Shown here piece by piece: positions 37,718-50,934 of a stretch of DNA of 64,000 nt (position 1 is the stretch's first letter; each line of letters begins with the position of its first letter). Made by a program: the position numbers and the translations under genes. Origin of the DNA: Callorhinchus milii (Eukaryota); assembly GCF_018977255.1 (NCBI RefSeq), contig NW_024704745.1, positions 39,184,001 through 39,248,000 of the forward strand, in the 5' to 3' direction. The notes under the pieces were generated by a model. That model saw nothing but the letters and a program-made list of their open reading frames with translations, was not told the DNA's origin and ran no database searches.

Positions 37718-37812
37718 ATAATAATCCTTGTATTTGATATAGTAGCTTTCATGTCAAGAGGACATCTCAAAGCGCTTCACAGGATGCACAGCAAAGTGCA
37801 GTGATTATGCAC
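37718..37812 (-). mobile_element. SINE tail fragment
   Basis: ATAATAATCCTTGTATTTGATATAG...CTCAAAGCGCTTCACAGG. Confidence 0.75.
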
Positions 37813-39397
37813 TTTTAGTCAAAAGAACAGATGTCTGTCTCCTTTCCTCTATACGTGTTCAACAATTCCACAAATATTGAAAATTACAGGATTAGAAGTT
37901 CATGATACCTTTTAACATCATCCAGCTCTAGGATTTGTATGAAGTCCAGTTTTAAGGGATCTTAACAGGAATATATTATTTTACCCCAAATTGCTTAATT
38001 AAGTTTAGTTAATTGAAGAAATGTTTAACTTTAATTATTCTGATGATTTCCTGCCATTTAGTATGCCTTAACTTAACAGCAGCTTGTCTCAAGCTCTTTA
38101 ACTGAACAACAAGAAAGACACTGCACCTTTAAGGATGTCAAAGGTTACATTTTTGTTGTTTTGCCTGGCAGCTGACACTGTAAACAGGCTTTCTAACCTG
38201 TTGTGTGGGCAGTCAGATAGATCCCATAAAATGCACTCAATAAGTCTTCCACGTGCCTGTAATCATACTCTGGCCCCTGCTAACCCACAACCAAAAGTTA
38301 GAGCCCAATGAATGTTTTCCATGTGCAGGTCAAACCAAACCATAGAAGAACAAATTTAATTCTCAGTAGACCAAGAGTGGCTTTCTTATTATGACAGTGC
38401 ACGTAATTTGAAGGAATGAGGAAATACATGAAAAAAAAGTCATCAAGACATCTTAAAATGCTTCAAAGCATTCATTATAAAGTGTAGTGATTGTATTTTG
38501 TAGGCGAACATCAAACAATTGTCTGACAATGTTGAATAGCCTTTTCCAACTGTTCAAATTAAAAGTTCCAGCATTAATATTCATGAGAGCTTTCTTTACC
38601 AAAACGTCTGACATAACTACTACTGTTACATATACACCAGTTCTAACATTCCACAACAATAAAATATTTAAACACATTAATACATTAGAGATTACTTCAA
38701 ACTTTGCCTTTAACTATGATGTGCAAACTTTTGGAATAAATCAAAACCATAAATTAATCTAGCTTTTTCAAACCTCCCACCTCGATTAAAACTCAGAATG
38801 CAAAGACAAAGTAACATTCTACTCAAAACAAAATATATAAAATTAATTACTCAAAAGCTACACAAAATATTACAACATTTTATTCCGAACAATTATTTTA
38901 GGAGTCACAAATCAACTCGTAGAATCGAGAAGTGAAGAGAGGATGTCACTGAGGTTTTTAAACATGCACAAATGATGAAATATCACAACCCAGATCACTC
39001 AGTAGGAAAAGCAAGCATTGATTATTCTCCTTCAAGAACATAAACAGATCAGATTATACAAGTAGTCTCCTATCTGAGTACTATCTCTAGTAAGTCCTTA
39101 TCAAGGTATACACATGAAGGTCTGTAACTTTAAACCAGGGAATGTTTGTCTAATTAATTTCTATTATTGTGACAATGTCAGTTGTCATTAAATGAAACGT
39201 TGAGCAGGTTTCCTTACTCCACACATTTCTGTTTACCTAGCAGTAAGTAGGAACCCAGTTGTTAGTTGATTGGTGGAGTGCTTTTCAGGGGGTAATAATC
39301 CCTTTTAAAAAAATTGGTCATTCAATCCACGACTGTTTATGGACCACTGCTGTGTGCAATTGGAAACCGCATTTCGTCCACAAAATATACAGTCAAC

Positions 39398-41593
39398 AAC
39401 AACAACTTCATTTATATAGCTCCCTTCATGCCAGGTAGCGTCCCAGAGTCTGACCCCATGCCAGGGGGAGAGGAGAGGGGAGGTGACCATAAGCACGATC
39501 AAAAAGGAAAGTCTTTAGGCAGAAATTGAAAATGGGGAGGGAGAGAGCCAAGCAGAGGGATTGGGGCAGAGAGTTCCAGAGCTTCAGGGCGTAGTGAATA
39601 AAAGCACGGCTGTTGATGGTGGAATGGAGCGGGAGAGGGATGAACAGGAGGACGGAACCAGCCGAGCGGAGGCAGCGGGTGGTGGAGTGGCGGGTGAGCA
39701 AGTCGGAAAGGTAGGGACATGCGAGGGCATAAAGGAATTTGAAAACAAAAGCGAGGATATTGAAGTCGATCTGTTCGAAAATTGGCAGCCAGTGCAGCAT
39801 GACAAGAACTGGTGTGATGGGGGTCTGGAGTTTTGTGCGGGTTAGTATCCAGGTGGCGGAGTTCTGAATTAATTGTATATTGTGTATGGTGGATTTGGGA
39901 AGGCCAGCGGGGAGGACATTTAAAAAGTGTAGCCAGGAAGTGACAAAGGTGTGGACGAGGGTTTTGACTGCTGTGGGTGTGAGATATGGAAGGAAGTGGG
40001 CAATGTGGTGGAGGTGAAAAAAAGTGTTCCTGGTCAGGGAATGGATATGGGGGAGAAAGGAAAGCTGGGGATCAAACCTGACGCCTAGATTGTACATGGG
40101 TTCGATGAATCTGAGGGCGAGCCTGGGAAGGTTAGACCTGCAGGAAAGAACGCGTTGACGGGAGTCAAAAAGTATCTCTTCAGTCTTGCCGACGTTCAGC
40201 TGCAGGAAATTATGCTTTTATCCAGTCCTTGATGTCCATCAGACAAGCTGACAGGACATCAACAGACTGGGAGACACAGCTGGAAGAGAGGGAGAGGTAG
40301 ATTTGGTGTCATCCGCATACATGTGGAAGTTGATGCCACGTCTGCGGATGACATCGCTGAGAGGGAGCATGTAAAAGATGAAAAGAAGGGGGCCAAGGAT
40401 GGAGCCTTGGGGTACTCCGCAAATGACCGGGCAGGGGTGGGAGGAGGACCTGTTTCCCAAGATAAATTGTTGATGGTTAGTCAAGTAGGACTTGAACCAC
40501 GTGAGTGCGGTCCCATTAAAGTAGATGAGGGAGGAGAGGCAGTGGAGGAGGATGGTGTGATCAACTGTGTCGAATATGCCGGAGAGGTCGAGGAGAACGA
40601 AGAGGCAGAGGGAGCCCTGGTCATAGAAGAGAGGATGGCATTGACGAGCGCCATCTGTGTGCTGTGGGCAGGGTGAAAACTGGAGTTGAGGGATTCGAGT
40701 AGGGAGTGGAGGGGGAGGTGTGAGCAAAATTGATTGGCAACAATAACAACAAAATTACATTTATAGAGCGCCTTTCACATCGGGAGGACGTCCCAAAGCA
40801 CTGAACAGTCAGAAGTCAGGGCCTGAGCATGGGGGAGGGGTGGTGTAGGGGTGAGGGAAGGCAGAGAGTTGGGAGGCAGACCAAAGGCACAGTCGAAGAG
40901 AAGGGTCTTGAGACCGGCCTTGAAGGAGGCAAAGGAGGAAGCGAGGCGAAGGGACTGTGGAATGGAGTTCCAGAGTGTGGGGGCAGAGAGGCTGAAGGCC
41001 CGGCCACTGATGGTAGGGCAGGTCAGGTGGGAAACATGCAGCCTGAGGAGCCTGAGGAGCGGAGGGAGCGAGCAGGTTGGTAGGGAGTCAGCAGGTTAAA
41101 GAGGTAGGAGGGGGCAAGGCCATGGATGGCCTTAAAGGTGAGGACGAGGATCTTGAACTCGATCCTCTGGGGGATGGGGAGCCAGTGGAGTCGGGTGAGG
41201 GTGGGAGTGATGGGGTCGCGGAACCTGATGTGTGAGAGTCCACAAGCTGCAGAGTTTTGGATGATCTGCAGCTTGTGAAGGGTTGTGTGGGTGAGGGTTT
41301 CGGCAGCCTGAGGGGTGAGGCAGTGCCGGAGTCTGGCAATGTTGCGGAGGTGGTGGTAGGCAGTGCCGGTCATGGCATGGATGTGGCGGAGAAAGGACAG
41401 TTCAGGTGAGTCTAAAATTTGTGAGGTTGGAAGGATCGAGGGTAGTTTTTTAAGGGGAGGGCTGATGACAGCATTTTTGAGAGGGAGTGGGACAGATCCT
41501 GAGGAATGGGACTGGTTGATTGTATCAGCCAGCAGTAGGCAGAGGAGGGGGAGTTGTGTGACCAGAAGCTGGGTGGAAAGGGTTTTGAGGCAG
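39398..41593 (-). mobile_element. L2 LINE (second lineage), RT to 3' tail, itself interrupted
   Basis: LLDLSGIFDTVDH, GVPQGSILGP, YADDT, NLGVRFDPQLSF, LHWLPI; (AAC)n tail at 39398. Confidence 0.93.
40741..41407 (-). mobile_element. Young L2 3' end nested in the older L2
   Basis: Very similar to 9650-10370; own tail (AAC)n-AAAATTACATTTATAGAGCGCCTTTCACATCGGGAGGACGTCCCAAAG. Confidence 0.92.
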
Positions 41594-41727
41594 CAGTCAA
41601 CTCACATTACAGTATAGTCTGTGAAGTACTTCTAGACATCTCAAAGACGTGATAAGGTCCTGTATCAAATGCAAGGATTATTATTATTATTTATTAGTTT
41701 TTCGGTTAGCCAAGTGGCTGACACTTG

Positions 41728-41880
41728 CAGAAACCCATGCTTAACACAGTGTTCCACATATATTTGTCACCTACACTTGGAAACTTCCCAGTGTCTTCAA
41801 TGGGATGTGCACTCACTCCCCAGAGTGACACACTGTTTACCTAACTCTGGAGAGTATTAGGCTCAGGTGGGTTGGCAAGA
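41728..41880 (+). repeat. Unclassified repeat copy 4 (more diverged)
   Basis: CAGAAACCCATGCTTAA..CACCTACACTTGGAAA..AATGGGATGTGCACT..CTGTTTACCTAACTCTGGAGAGTATTAGG. Confidence 0.6.
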
Positions 41881-42696
41881 TATCAAACCTATAAATACCA
41901 AACCCAGGATATATGAGAGTATGCACACATATTCCAGGTAACACTTTTCAGCAGCTGTCCTCCAAAACTTCAGGGTTTTCTCACCAGCTATCTGATGGAA
42001 ATCTGCCAACAGCTAAAATGAAAACACACTGCTTTTAGCCTTTTTTATGATTAAAGGCATCAAAATCAATTTCAAGAAGCTTAACATAACATAACTTTGT
42101 AATATAGGATTTAAAATGTAATTTCTTTGAAAATCATGCAATTGAGCATATATTTCTTTCAGTTTTCCAGTAGGATGTTTTTGAAGAAGGTTGAGGCAAT
42201 CAAAGGGCAGGATGTGAACTTAACTATCAATATGTTTTAAACTTATCAGCTTGATAGCTTAACACAATAAGTGTTTTCATTTACACCAATCTCTGTCAGT
42301 AAGGAGACACATATAGCATCCCCAGTGCTGGATAATAAATAATTGTTGGCAAAAAAGGTAATAGCTGTTAATAACTTAAAGGTTAAAGCATTAATAAGCA
42401 CTCCTTCACAAGTGATTGATATCACAGCCCAAGTCTACTTGTCATACATTAAAGGTTAATCGAGGCTAACAATTAAAATAAGATAGGGTTAACATTCAAA
42501 TAGGTACATATGATGCTGTATATCAATTCTTTGATGTCATTTTGCTTTCATTGTACTTTTGATTTTTCAATTAATAAGTAACATTGTTTAAAGAAACTCT
42601 CTCCAACATCACTAAGCATAAGTATGTTGCTAAAAAATAGATTAATCTGTTGCTCTGAAGCTTAAAAGGACCCCGATAATAACAATTAGTGAAGGT

Positions 42697-42780
42697 TGTC
42701 AAGTGTAAAACTGAACCATGCAGACTTTGAAGGTTCCAAGTTCAATCCCCAGTTTGTGCTGAGTAACTGATATCAGCTCA
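42697..42780 (+). mobile_element. Ancient tRNA-derived SINE head (AmnSINE2-like)
   Basis: CTGAACCATGCAGAC...GAAGGTTCCAAGTTCAATCCCCAGTTTGTGCTGAGTAACTGATATCAGC, with a B-box GTTCAATCC. Confidence 0.5.
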
Positions 42781-44066
42781 ATCTACTTTCAAGATCCCGA
42801 TTTGTGACTCAAAATTTATAATTAGAAATTCCATCTGCAATTTGTCACACGGTCACCATTTTTGTCACATATGCTGGCATCCTCATCTAATGTGTGCATT
42901 TTCAATCAGGACCAGGAACCGCACAGGTGTAGCTAACTTAAGTGTCTGCACTTTTCTTCCATCCTTCTGATTTCCAGGAGCATAATACCAACTCAGCACT
43001 TGATGCTGATCCGAGTAGCTCTAAATCTTGCCTTCAGGGTTCAAACGTTGATTTTAAACCACGTTAGCTTCTTCCTCTTGTTTATGATGTTATCTGAATT
43101 CCCTGATGAGATCCCTGGCTTGTAATTACTTATAAGTATCCGGGTGAATTATTTGGGAAGAACTGATCAGTCACAGAGAAATCAAGTGGATTGGCCTCTA
43201 ATTTTCTCTCTTTATTCCTTCCTCTACTAAAATCACTACTTCATGTGATAGTTCAGTTTCACAGCATCGAGGTCTAAAATGTGATAAGATAGCAATCCTA
43301 AGTAGCAAATCCAGCCGTTAATCGGAATAAATTACCACCAAACATGTCACAAACTCTGTCCCCTGGGTATGAATGAATTCTACCCATCTGCCTTGCTCAG
43401 CTTGGACACCTACAAAGATGATGTTAATGTTACAGGATTGAATACTTTCTCACAGAGAAGTCACAGTGCCAGTCCAGTTCTCAGACAAATTGTAATTATG
43501 GAGTCTGACTTGGCTGATTTCCACTGGAGTTTTCCTTATTAATAGAGTCCAAGATAATCAAAGAATTCCTAGATTCCACAGAGCGACTTTGGAACACAAG
43601 CTTAAACAAAGAATAACCGTTACAGGTACGGGTGAAGATATTTCGGTTCTACGTTGACTGTTACCTTTAAACAGATCTAGCCTCTCTCTCAGACAAGAAT
43701 TAGTGTTAATTGATTGTAGCTTAGCACCTGATACAACAAAGTACACTCATCAGAGGTGTGCTAAATCTATTTCTTTTTGAAAATATATATATTTTATAAA
43801 TATATTTGGTACAACAGAAATCCAAAACAAGCACAATGTACATTATCTTCTGTTCCATTTTTTTTCTTGCTCCCGATACAAAACAATTCCATTGTTTACA
43901 ACACATCTATTTGTAGAGTGGAATTACCACTAGTTGGTGGACTGTACTTTCACCCACTGTGAGCAGGCACTATTTACAACAAAACTGCTCCTTGTATCTT
44001 CGCTATTCCAAGATGCTCTTCTACATGAAGGAAGCTGTTGTTGTATGTCATGTATTTATCCCCATT

Positions 44067-44114
44067 ATAATAATCCTTGCATTTGATATAGCGCTTTTCA
44101 CGTCGGGAGGACGT
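44067..44114 (-). mobile_element. Extremely 5'-truncated young SINE (tail only)
   Basis: TAATAATCCTTGCATTTGATATAGCGCTTTTCACGTCGGGAGGACGT. Confidence 0.85.
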
Positions 44115-45319
44115 TATTACCCTTTAGTAACTTGTACAATTGTTCACTGCATAGAAGAGCTATTCAAGCATAATCAAACCTTATCCTGTTCTCATGTCAC
44201 TGTCCAGAAACATACATTTCCAAAAGAGATCAATGGATGATGATAAGCAGCAAGATAAGCCCTGGCTGCTTTCTATTCTGAGTAAGGTTCTCAAACCACT
44301 GTTGCATCACCCAAGAAGCATTAAGAGATCATTTGGAGTCAGAATCAATTTGCACTGGCTGCATTTATATTATGAATTGAAATATGGCTGTAACACTCTC
44401 TAAATCATTCTGTTAAATACAGTGCAACATAAAATAGCTCAAAGTGGATTTTAAAGCACCTGCCTTATTGCAAATATGTTTATTTCAAGTGGGGATATTT
44501 ATATAGAATAAAACATATTCATTACAATGTAAATAATATTTCAATTATATTTCAATAATTAGGGAAATGATTCATTGTTTCTCTCATTTCACCAGATCAC
44601 CTAGATTCAATTAATCTCTTTTGGGTCTGTACTTTTGCTATATATTGGTTGGGAAATGAGGTCAGCCTGCAGGTGAACGAGAATGTGCAGATGCACTTTG
44701 CTCAGCCCACCCATGTGCAAGCTAATGTCCTTGGCAAGAACACTACATATGTAATTAATTTCTGGGGGGGAAATATGTATTTTATTTGGCATATTCTTCG
44801 GAGTAGAATCACGCTATCAAGGATTTTCTTACCAACCATGTCAAATTAAAAAAGCACATTGGGTTAAGACAACTCTGACCTTTGCAAAGTGGATGGAAAT
44901 TTACCTGAGGCTCTTGAATTTCAGAAGCCGAGCCCACTCGCTAATCATTGAGTGAAGATCCCATTTCAATTAACCCTGTGCGTTTCTACCTCAATACATC
45001 CTATATTCCAGAACCATGAAATGTCATGTCATAGCATATCTTCATTTGTTACATCTGCTTCAACAATAAACTATCTTCCTGAATTTACAACGTGTCATTA
45101 ATCATAAAATAATAGAAGCTTCAGCCCAAAGGATGCTCATTGAGCTTAACTTGGCTCCAAATGCTCTAATTGAAACTCTCTACCGTTTCCCCATACATTC
45201 GTATAGAATATTTTTCCTCTTATTTTTTTCCCCCATTTCTTTTTTAAATGTTGCTGTGGTCTCAATAATCACATGTTTTAAAAGTTTCTTCTATTATCTC
45301 CTTAATTATTGGAATGCAT

Positions 45320-46220
45320 GAGGGAGAAAGGGAATAGAGGGGGATAGAGAGAAGATTTGGAGGGGGCAGGCTCATCTGAAGCATAAACACTGGGTATGGA
45401 TTTGTTGGGTTGAACGGCCTATTTCAGTGTTAGTATATTTAATTCTATATAATTCTTCCACTGATAATCTTGGGCTTTCCCCCTTTGTAACTAATTTACT
45501 CAATTTATTCTCAATTATTATTTTGAAAATCTCTTTTAAGTGTCTCTGTTCCAGTGAAAACACACCCAATTTTCTAAGATTATCCTCATAATTATAGCCC
45601 CCTTGTCCTTGATGTTATCCATGTTAATATATGCTTCACCCTTTACATGTCTTTTTTGTTATAGAGCTGCCAGAACTGAATACAGTGTCCAACATCTTGT
45701 AAACGTTTAACAATACTTCCTCCTTTTTGTATTGGACACTCCTAAATTTAAAACCAGAAATCCCATTTGTGTTTTCATGGCCTTTTATATTTGCATTCTC
45801 ACTCTAAAGTTCTATGCATCTTGTCCTTTCTCTCAAAAGATACCACTGACTGTATCAAAATAATTCTGATATTTTTCTTAATATAGGAACAACAACAACA
45901 TGTATATAAGATTACTAGCATTGTTAATATAGGATCATAGGAAATTAGGAAGAGAAAGAAGCCATTCAGCCCTGAGAGCATGTTTCACCAATTTATTAGA
46001 TATCAGCAGTTCTTTTAAACCCAATGGCTTAACCATTCACAATACTCTATAATAACCCTGCTGCCCAATTATATGGGTATGTCTCTATTGAATTCACCTC
46101 TATAGCTTTCTGGAGCAGAGCAATCCATATTTTTACAACTCACTGTGTGAAAGAAATGCTTCCTGCTCAGTTTTAACTCTGGTAGTTGTGATTTGAAGGC
46201 TATGCTCCCTTGTAATCTAT
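45320..46220. mobile_element. Cluster of old CR1 3' remnants on both strands
   Basis: + tail GGGTTGAACGGCCTATTTCAGTG (~45410); minus-strand peptide GVFSLEQRHLK (45372-45569); minus tail GCCATTCAGCCC (~45965). Confidence 0.65.
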
Positions 46221-46879
46221 CAAATACCATGATTTATGGATTTGAAAATGATTCACAGAGCATGAAATGGCAGTCAACGAATAAGAGAGAAGACCTGTGT
46301 CATGAATGTGATAGAAACAACCATCAGGTGAAGCAAAGTTCAGCGTTAACAGGAATTTCGGAAAGATTATGTGCAGGACTATTTGTCGCAATTACATAGA
46401 GGATGGAAAGGTCTGAAGTATTCCTAGAGAGGTTTAAACTATTCATAAAGAGTGAATGCTTGTGAAGCAGTTTCAGATGTTTTGAAGTCAGAAAGGCACT
46501 TTAAAAATAGAATTCACACTTTTTATTTGAGGTGTTCCTATTCAAAACAGATTTTAGTAATTTGGGGTCCCACTGCACAATATGTGATACTGAAGTTCTC
46601 GTACTGACGTATAACATTGCTCTATACCATATTTCCCCTTTCATTTTCAAAACTTCTGGATCTGGTTTGGATCCTCACAGTCATGGAATTAGCAGGACCA
46701 GTAATCTTATATATGTGATTACACATGTTCTGATTTTCAAGTCCCATTCATGTGGGGAAACATAGTGAATATGCTGTCTTTGACCTTCAACTTCATAATT
46801 AGGGAGTTGGGGAAAATGTCTTTCAGGTTTCCACACACCTCTATATGCATGTGACATTATTGAATATTTAACACCATGA

Positions 46880-47095
46880 CAAACCTGTGTTAGCTGAGCA
46901 GAGGAGTGAGGTGCAAGAAGGTCAGAGAAATAGAGAGCTGCTAGGGTGTGAAGCTATATATAGATCAGGGTGAAGACCTTGAAGTGGGTTGGGAGACAAG
47001 CAGACAGTGGAGTCTGGTGAGGACTGGGGTAATGGATGTGTGGAGTTTGTTGTGGATGAGGGTAGGGCGGCACAGTTTTGGATTAGGTGGATCTT
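46880..47095 (-). mobile_element. Old L2 fragment
   Basis: GACAGTGGAGTCTGGTGAGG..GGGGTAATGG..CAGTTTTGGATTAG, the ITP.L..LHW region in reverse. Confidence 0.6.
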
Positions 47096-48950
47096 ATGGA
47101 TGTAATTTTAATTGAAAAAGAATGCTACATCTGTTGGATAAAGTACAATTTACATATTGTATAAAAAAATGACAATCCTTGGTTCGTTTAGTTGCAAGCT
47201 TCTTTGAAATATGCTGAGTGTAGATTGTGGTGACGTCACTCTTGTATACTGTTCTCTGTCCTTTACTAAATTTACTCTTCTTCGAGGCCCAATACCCTAT
47301 GGGCCTCACAGGAAATAGGAGCCTGGTGAGGTAATGGATGTGTGGAGTTTGGTGTAGATGACAATAGTGCTTCCTGAAACAGATAATTGCACTGCTTCGC
47401 TGTCAGTACCCGATGTTTAGAGACTGGGAGCACCTGAAATTCAGGGCTGTAGACCACTGCTATAACTTGTTTGCAACCAAGTTGCATAACAAATGTCAGA
47501 AAAATATATTTTTTTTAAAAATCAGAGCAGGGGTCAGGTCTACTTAGTCAAGTTGGTAACAAGAAACGTAGGCAAAGAACATGAGAAAAGTTCGAATTGT
47601 GAAAGACAACAATGTTAATAATGGGAGAACAATACCTTAGGGCAATGGGCAGAACAATTACATAACATAAAGTTTTTTTTAATTACGTGACATAGGGTGG
47701 GAAAAGACACCTAACTGCGCAGATCAGCCTCACTTTTCAGTTTATCCATTGCGGCTACCAGTTTGGTTACATGCAGTTTCCTCAACGCGTGCAATTAATT
47801 TTGCTATTAATTGGTCTGTAACAGTTATTGGACTACAAATTAATTGGTCTACATTTGGTCTATTAAGTGGTCAACAACAGCAACCTGCATTTAAGATATT
47901 TCTAACTAAGACAAAAATATACTTCCAAAGTCTTTTATGTATTTGAATGTTACAAGCAGCAGAAATTATCACTCTATTTGTAATTGACTTTTTCCTCCAC
48001 TAGAGGCTTCCCTTTCCTCCAGATAGTTAGAAATGTGTATGATCATCACATTGTTCAATAAAGTATCCTGATTGCCAAAGTTACAATCCACAGTTGGAAG
48101 CCTCAACATTATATAATTTCCTGAGGTACAGGAAAAAATTATTTTGATCTTTTTGAGTGAAGACAATATTCAAAGCCCAGAGGGTCCTGAATTTAAACAT
48201 TTCACTTTAATTCCTAAAGCTCCTGAATTTTCCACACATTACACCTTTTGACACATGTGCTGCACTTATACAAGTTGACTCACCATTGTAAATACAGTAT
48301 CATTAGTTTCCTGCTGTAATATTTCCATCAATAAGTCAAGCATGAATGGTAGGTGAAATGTATATTTTTTTACATACCCAATGATTATTTCTTTGTGATG
48401 TAGTGGGTATACACTACCTGTGCCATTCCAGTGTGAATACATGCATCCTATCAGTTTAGCAGGAGCTTCTCTTTCCCTTTAATCTGGAACATTTTGATCT
48501 TGGGAAACAACCGAGTTCAAATGATTTGCATAACTAAATGTATATTTGCATATTGTAATACAGTAAAACTCCCTTAAGTCTTATGTTTCAGTCTCATCTT
48601 TATAAATCATATCATCGCCTGATTTGTACATGCACCCCAGTTCCATTCAGTTTCCTACCAAAAACATTTAGATTTCTTTGTATCTAGTCGTATTTTAAAA
48701 ACAAATCATCTTCTAACTTGTAACGCTGCTCCCTATTCTCTATTACTACCACACTTATGGAGACATGGATTGAATATTCAGTACACCACTCACTGAGCAG
48801 TCAACAGAATGCCAGGTACTTCCAGACACAAATATAGAATGCTTGGAAAAGTTCTCATCTGTGGTCCATTCTCATGCACCTTTGTAAGGTAGCATCATAT
48901 GTGCAATGGCAGGAATCTGTCAGCAAGCAAGCAGATGTTCATCACACAAA

Positions 48951-50199
48951 ATAATAATAATCCTTACATTTGGTAAAGCTCCTTTCACATTGGGAAGACA
49001 CCCGAAAGCAATTCACAGTATATACTGTAAAGCATGGTGACTATGCGTTCATAGAATCATACAGCACAAAAAGAGGCCATTCGGCCCATCGAATCTGTGC
49101 CGGCTCTTTGAGAAGAGCAATGTAATGTCAATCCCACTCCCCAGCCCTTTCCCCATAATCATGCAAACCCATCATCCTCAAATACCCATCCACTGCGTTT
49201 TTAAAAGTTGCTATCGAATCGGCCTCGACCATCCTTTCAGGCAATGCGTTCCAGATTCGAACAACTCGCTGGGTGAAAACATTTCTTCTCACCTCCCCTC
49301 TGCTTCTTTTAGAGACTATTTTGAATCTGTGACCTCGAGTCACCAACATACCCACCAGTGGAAACAGTTTTTCCCTTTCTAACCTATCACATTCCCTCAT
49401 GATTTTGAAGACCTCTCTTAGGTCTCCTCGAAACCTTCTCTGCTCCAATGAGAATAATCCCAGCCTCTCTAGCCTTTCCTCATAATCAAGGTCCCTCGTT
49501 CCTGGTACCATCCTCGTAAATCTCCTCTGCACCCTTTCCAATGCCTTCACATCCTTCCTATAGTGTGGTGCCCAGACCTGGGCGCAGTATTCTAACTGAA
49601 GCCTAACCAGTGTTTTATACAGGTTAATCATAACCTCCTGACTCTTGTACTATATGCTCCTATTTATAAAGCCTGTTATCCCATATGCCCTTTATACAGC
49701 TTTATCTACCTGTCCTGCCACCTTCAAGGATTCATTTACCTGCACCCCCAGGTCTCTCTGTTCTTTCACCTCCTTTAAGATTGTGTTACCAAGCCTATAT
49801 TGCCTCCCCTCATTCTTTCTACCAAAATACATTACCTCGCCTTTCTCCACATTGAAATTCATCACATTCAGAGTGTTGTGGGTGAACATGGCAGCTAATT
49901 TGCTCACTGCAAACAGCAATGAAAAGAATAATCAAATTTTATTTGGGGTAATGTTGGCTGAGACACCAGGCTAAACTCTCTTCTCTTTTTGAATCATGCC
50001 AAGGGATCTTTAATGTCCAACTAAACAGTCAGAAGGTGCCTTGGTTTAACATTTCATCCAAATGATAATACTTCAAACACTGCAGCACACCGCCAGCATT
50101 GGACTCGAGGGTCTGTGAGCTCCAAATCCTAAAGTGGGGCTTGACCCCATAATCTTCTGACTCAGAGGCCATACTGCTGGCAATTGAGTCATGCTGAGA
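48951..50199 (-). mobile_element. Old DeuSINE split by CR1 (tail 48951-49047, body and head 49870-50199)
   Basis: The tail ends at GTGACTATGCG and the SINE resumes at TTGTGGGTGAACATGGCAGCTAATTTG; head TCTTCTGACTCAGAGGC. Confidence 0.82.
49048..49864 (-). mobile_element. CR1 LINE 3' ~820 bp
   Basis: LYKTLVRLQLEYCAQVWAP, LERVQRRFTRM, LGLFSLEQRR, FTQRVVRIWNALP; 3' UTR ATGGGCCGAATGGCC. Confidence 0.97.
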
Positions 50200-50934
50200 C
50201 AAAATGAACAATAAAGAAGAAAATTACTGTATTTGGGAATTAAAATTCTTAGTACTGAATTTAAAAAGTAGCCTTGCATGCCAAGGGATGACATCAGTGC
50301 TGCTAACTTTTTTTAAAAAACAAGTTACATTCTATGCTTAGGTAAAATATGTATGTTTTTCAAAAATACCCAGCGATCATGAGTACTGCCAGAAGAGATA
50401 AATAACTGCTACCAACTGCAATGAGAAATACTAATCATAGCTAAGAAGTTGTGTCCTGTCTTTTGCTATGAAGTTCCTTGCTTCCTTCCTGATTGAAGAC
50501 ATCTGTACCATCTAATTTTCAACCATTATCTAAAATGACATAATTAAACAGATATACCCATGATAGACAAAATGAGTAGTTTTCTCTAAAGTGCTTACTG
50601 ATTTATCCCCTTTGACATCACAAGACTGCTTTTAGACTAGACTGCTGTAATTACATGGTGTCCAGATTCGTGGAAGGATTCATTATTAGTGTAGAAAAGC
50701 TCTATCTACAGTACAAATATGAACCACGTGGATCAAAAAAACTGAATGCTGCAAATCTGGAATAAAAGTGAGTGACAGGGAAAAGTTAATTTGTGGGTTT
50801 GTGTCGGGGGGATACATCCTGGCATGGACTATTTGGGTCAAATGATCTGTTTCTGTGCTGTATCACTTAATGCGTCACTATGTCACAGTAAAATTAATGT
50901 CTTGAGATCGGACATGTTTTCATCTTTTTTCGAT

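Larger units (their letters stand above)
39194..41695 (+). mobile_element. Long-subfamily SINE split by L2 (5' part 39194-39397, 3' part 41594-41695)
   Basis: The SINE stops at ...ATATACAGTCAAC and resumes at CAGTCAACTCACATTACAG...CAAGGATTATT; 8-bp TSD CAGTCAAC. Confidence 0.88.

Noticed and set aside
47969-48120. Minus-strand terminal-exon candidate (GNYIMLRLPTVDC...)
   Set aside because: The acceptor is plausible, but the peptide is unrecognisable and there is no supporting gene structure.
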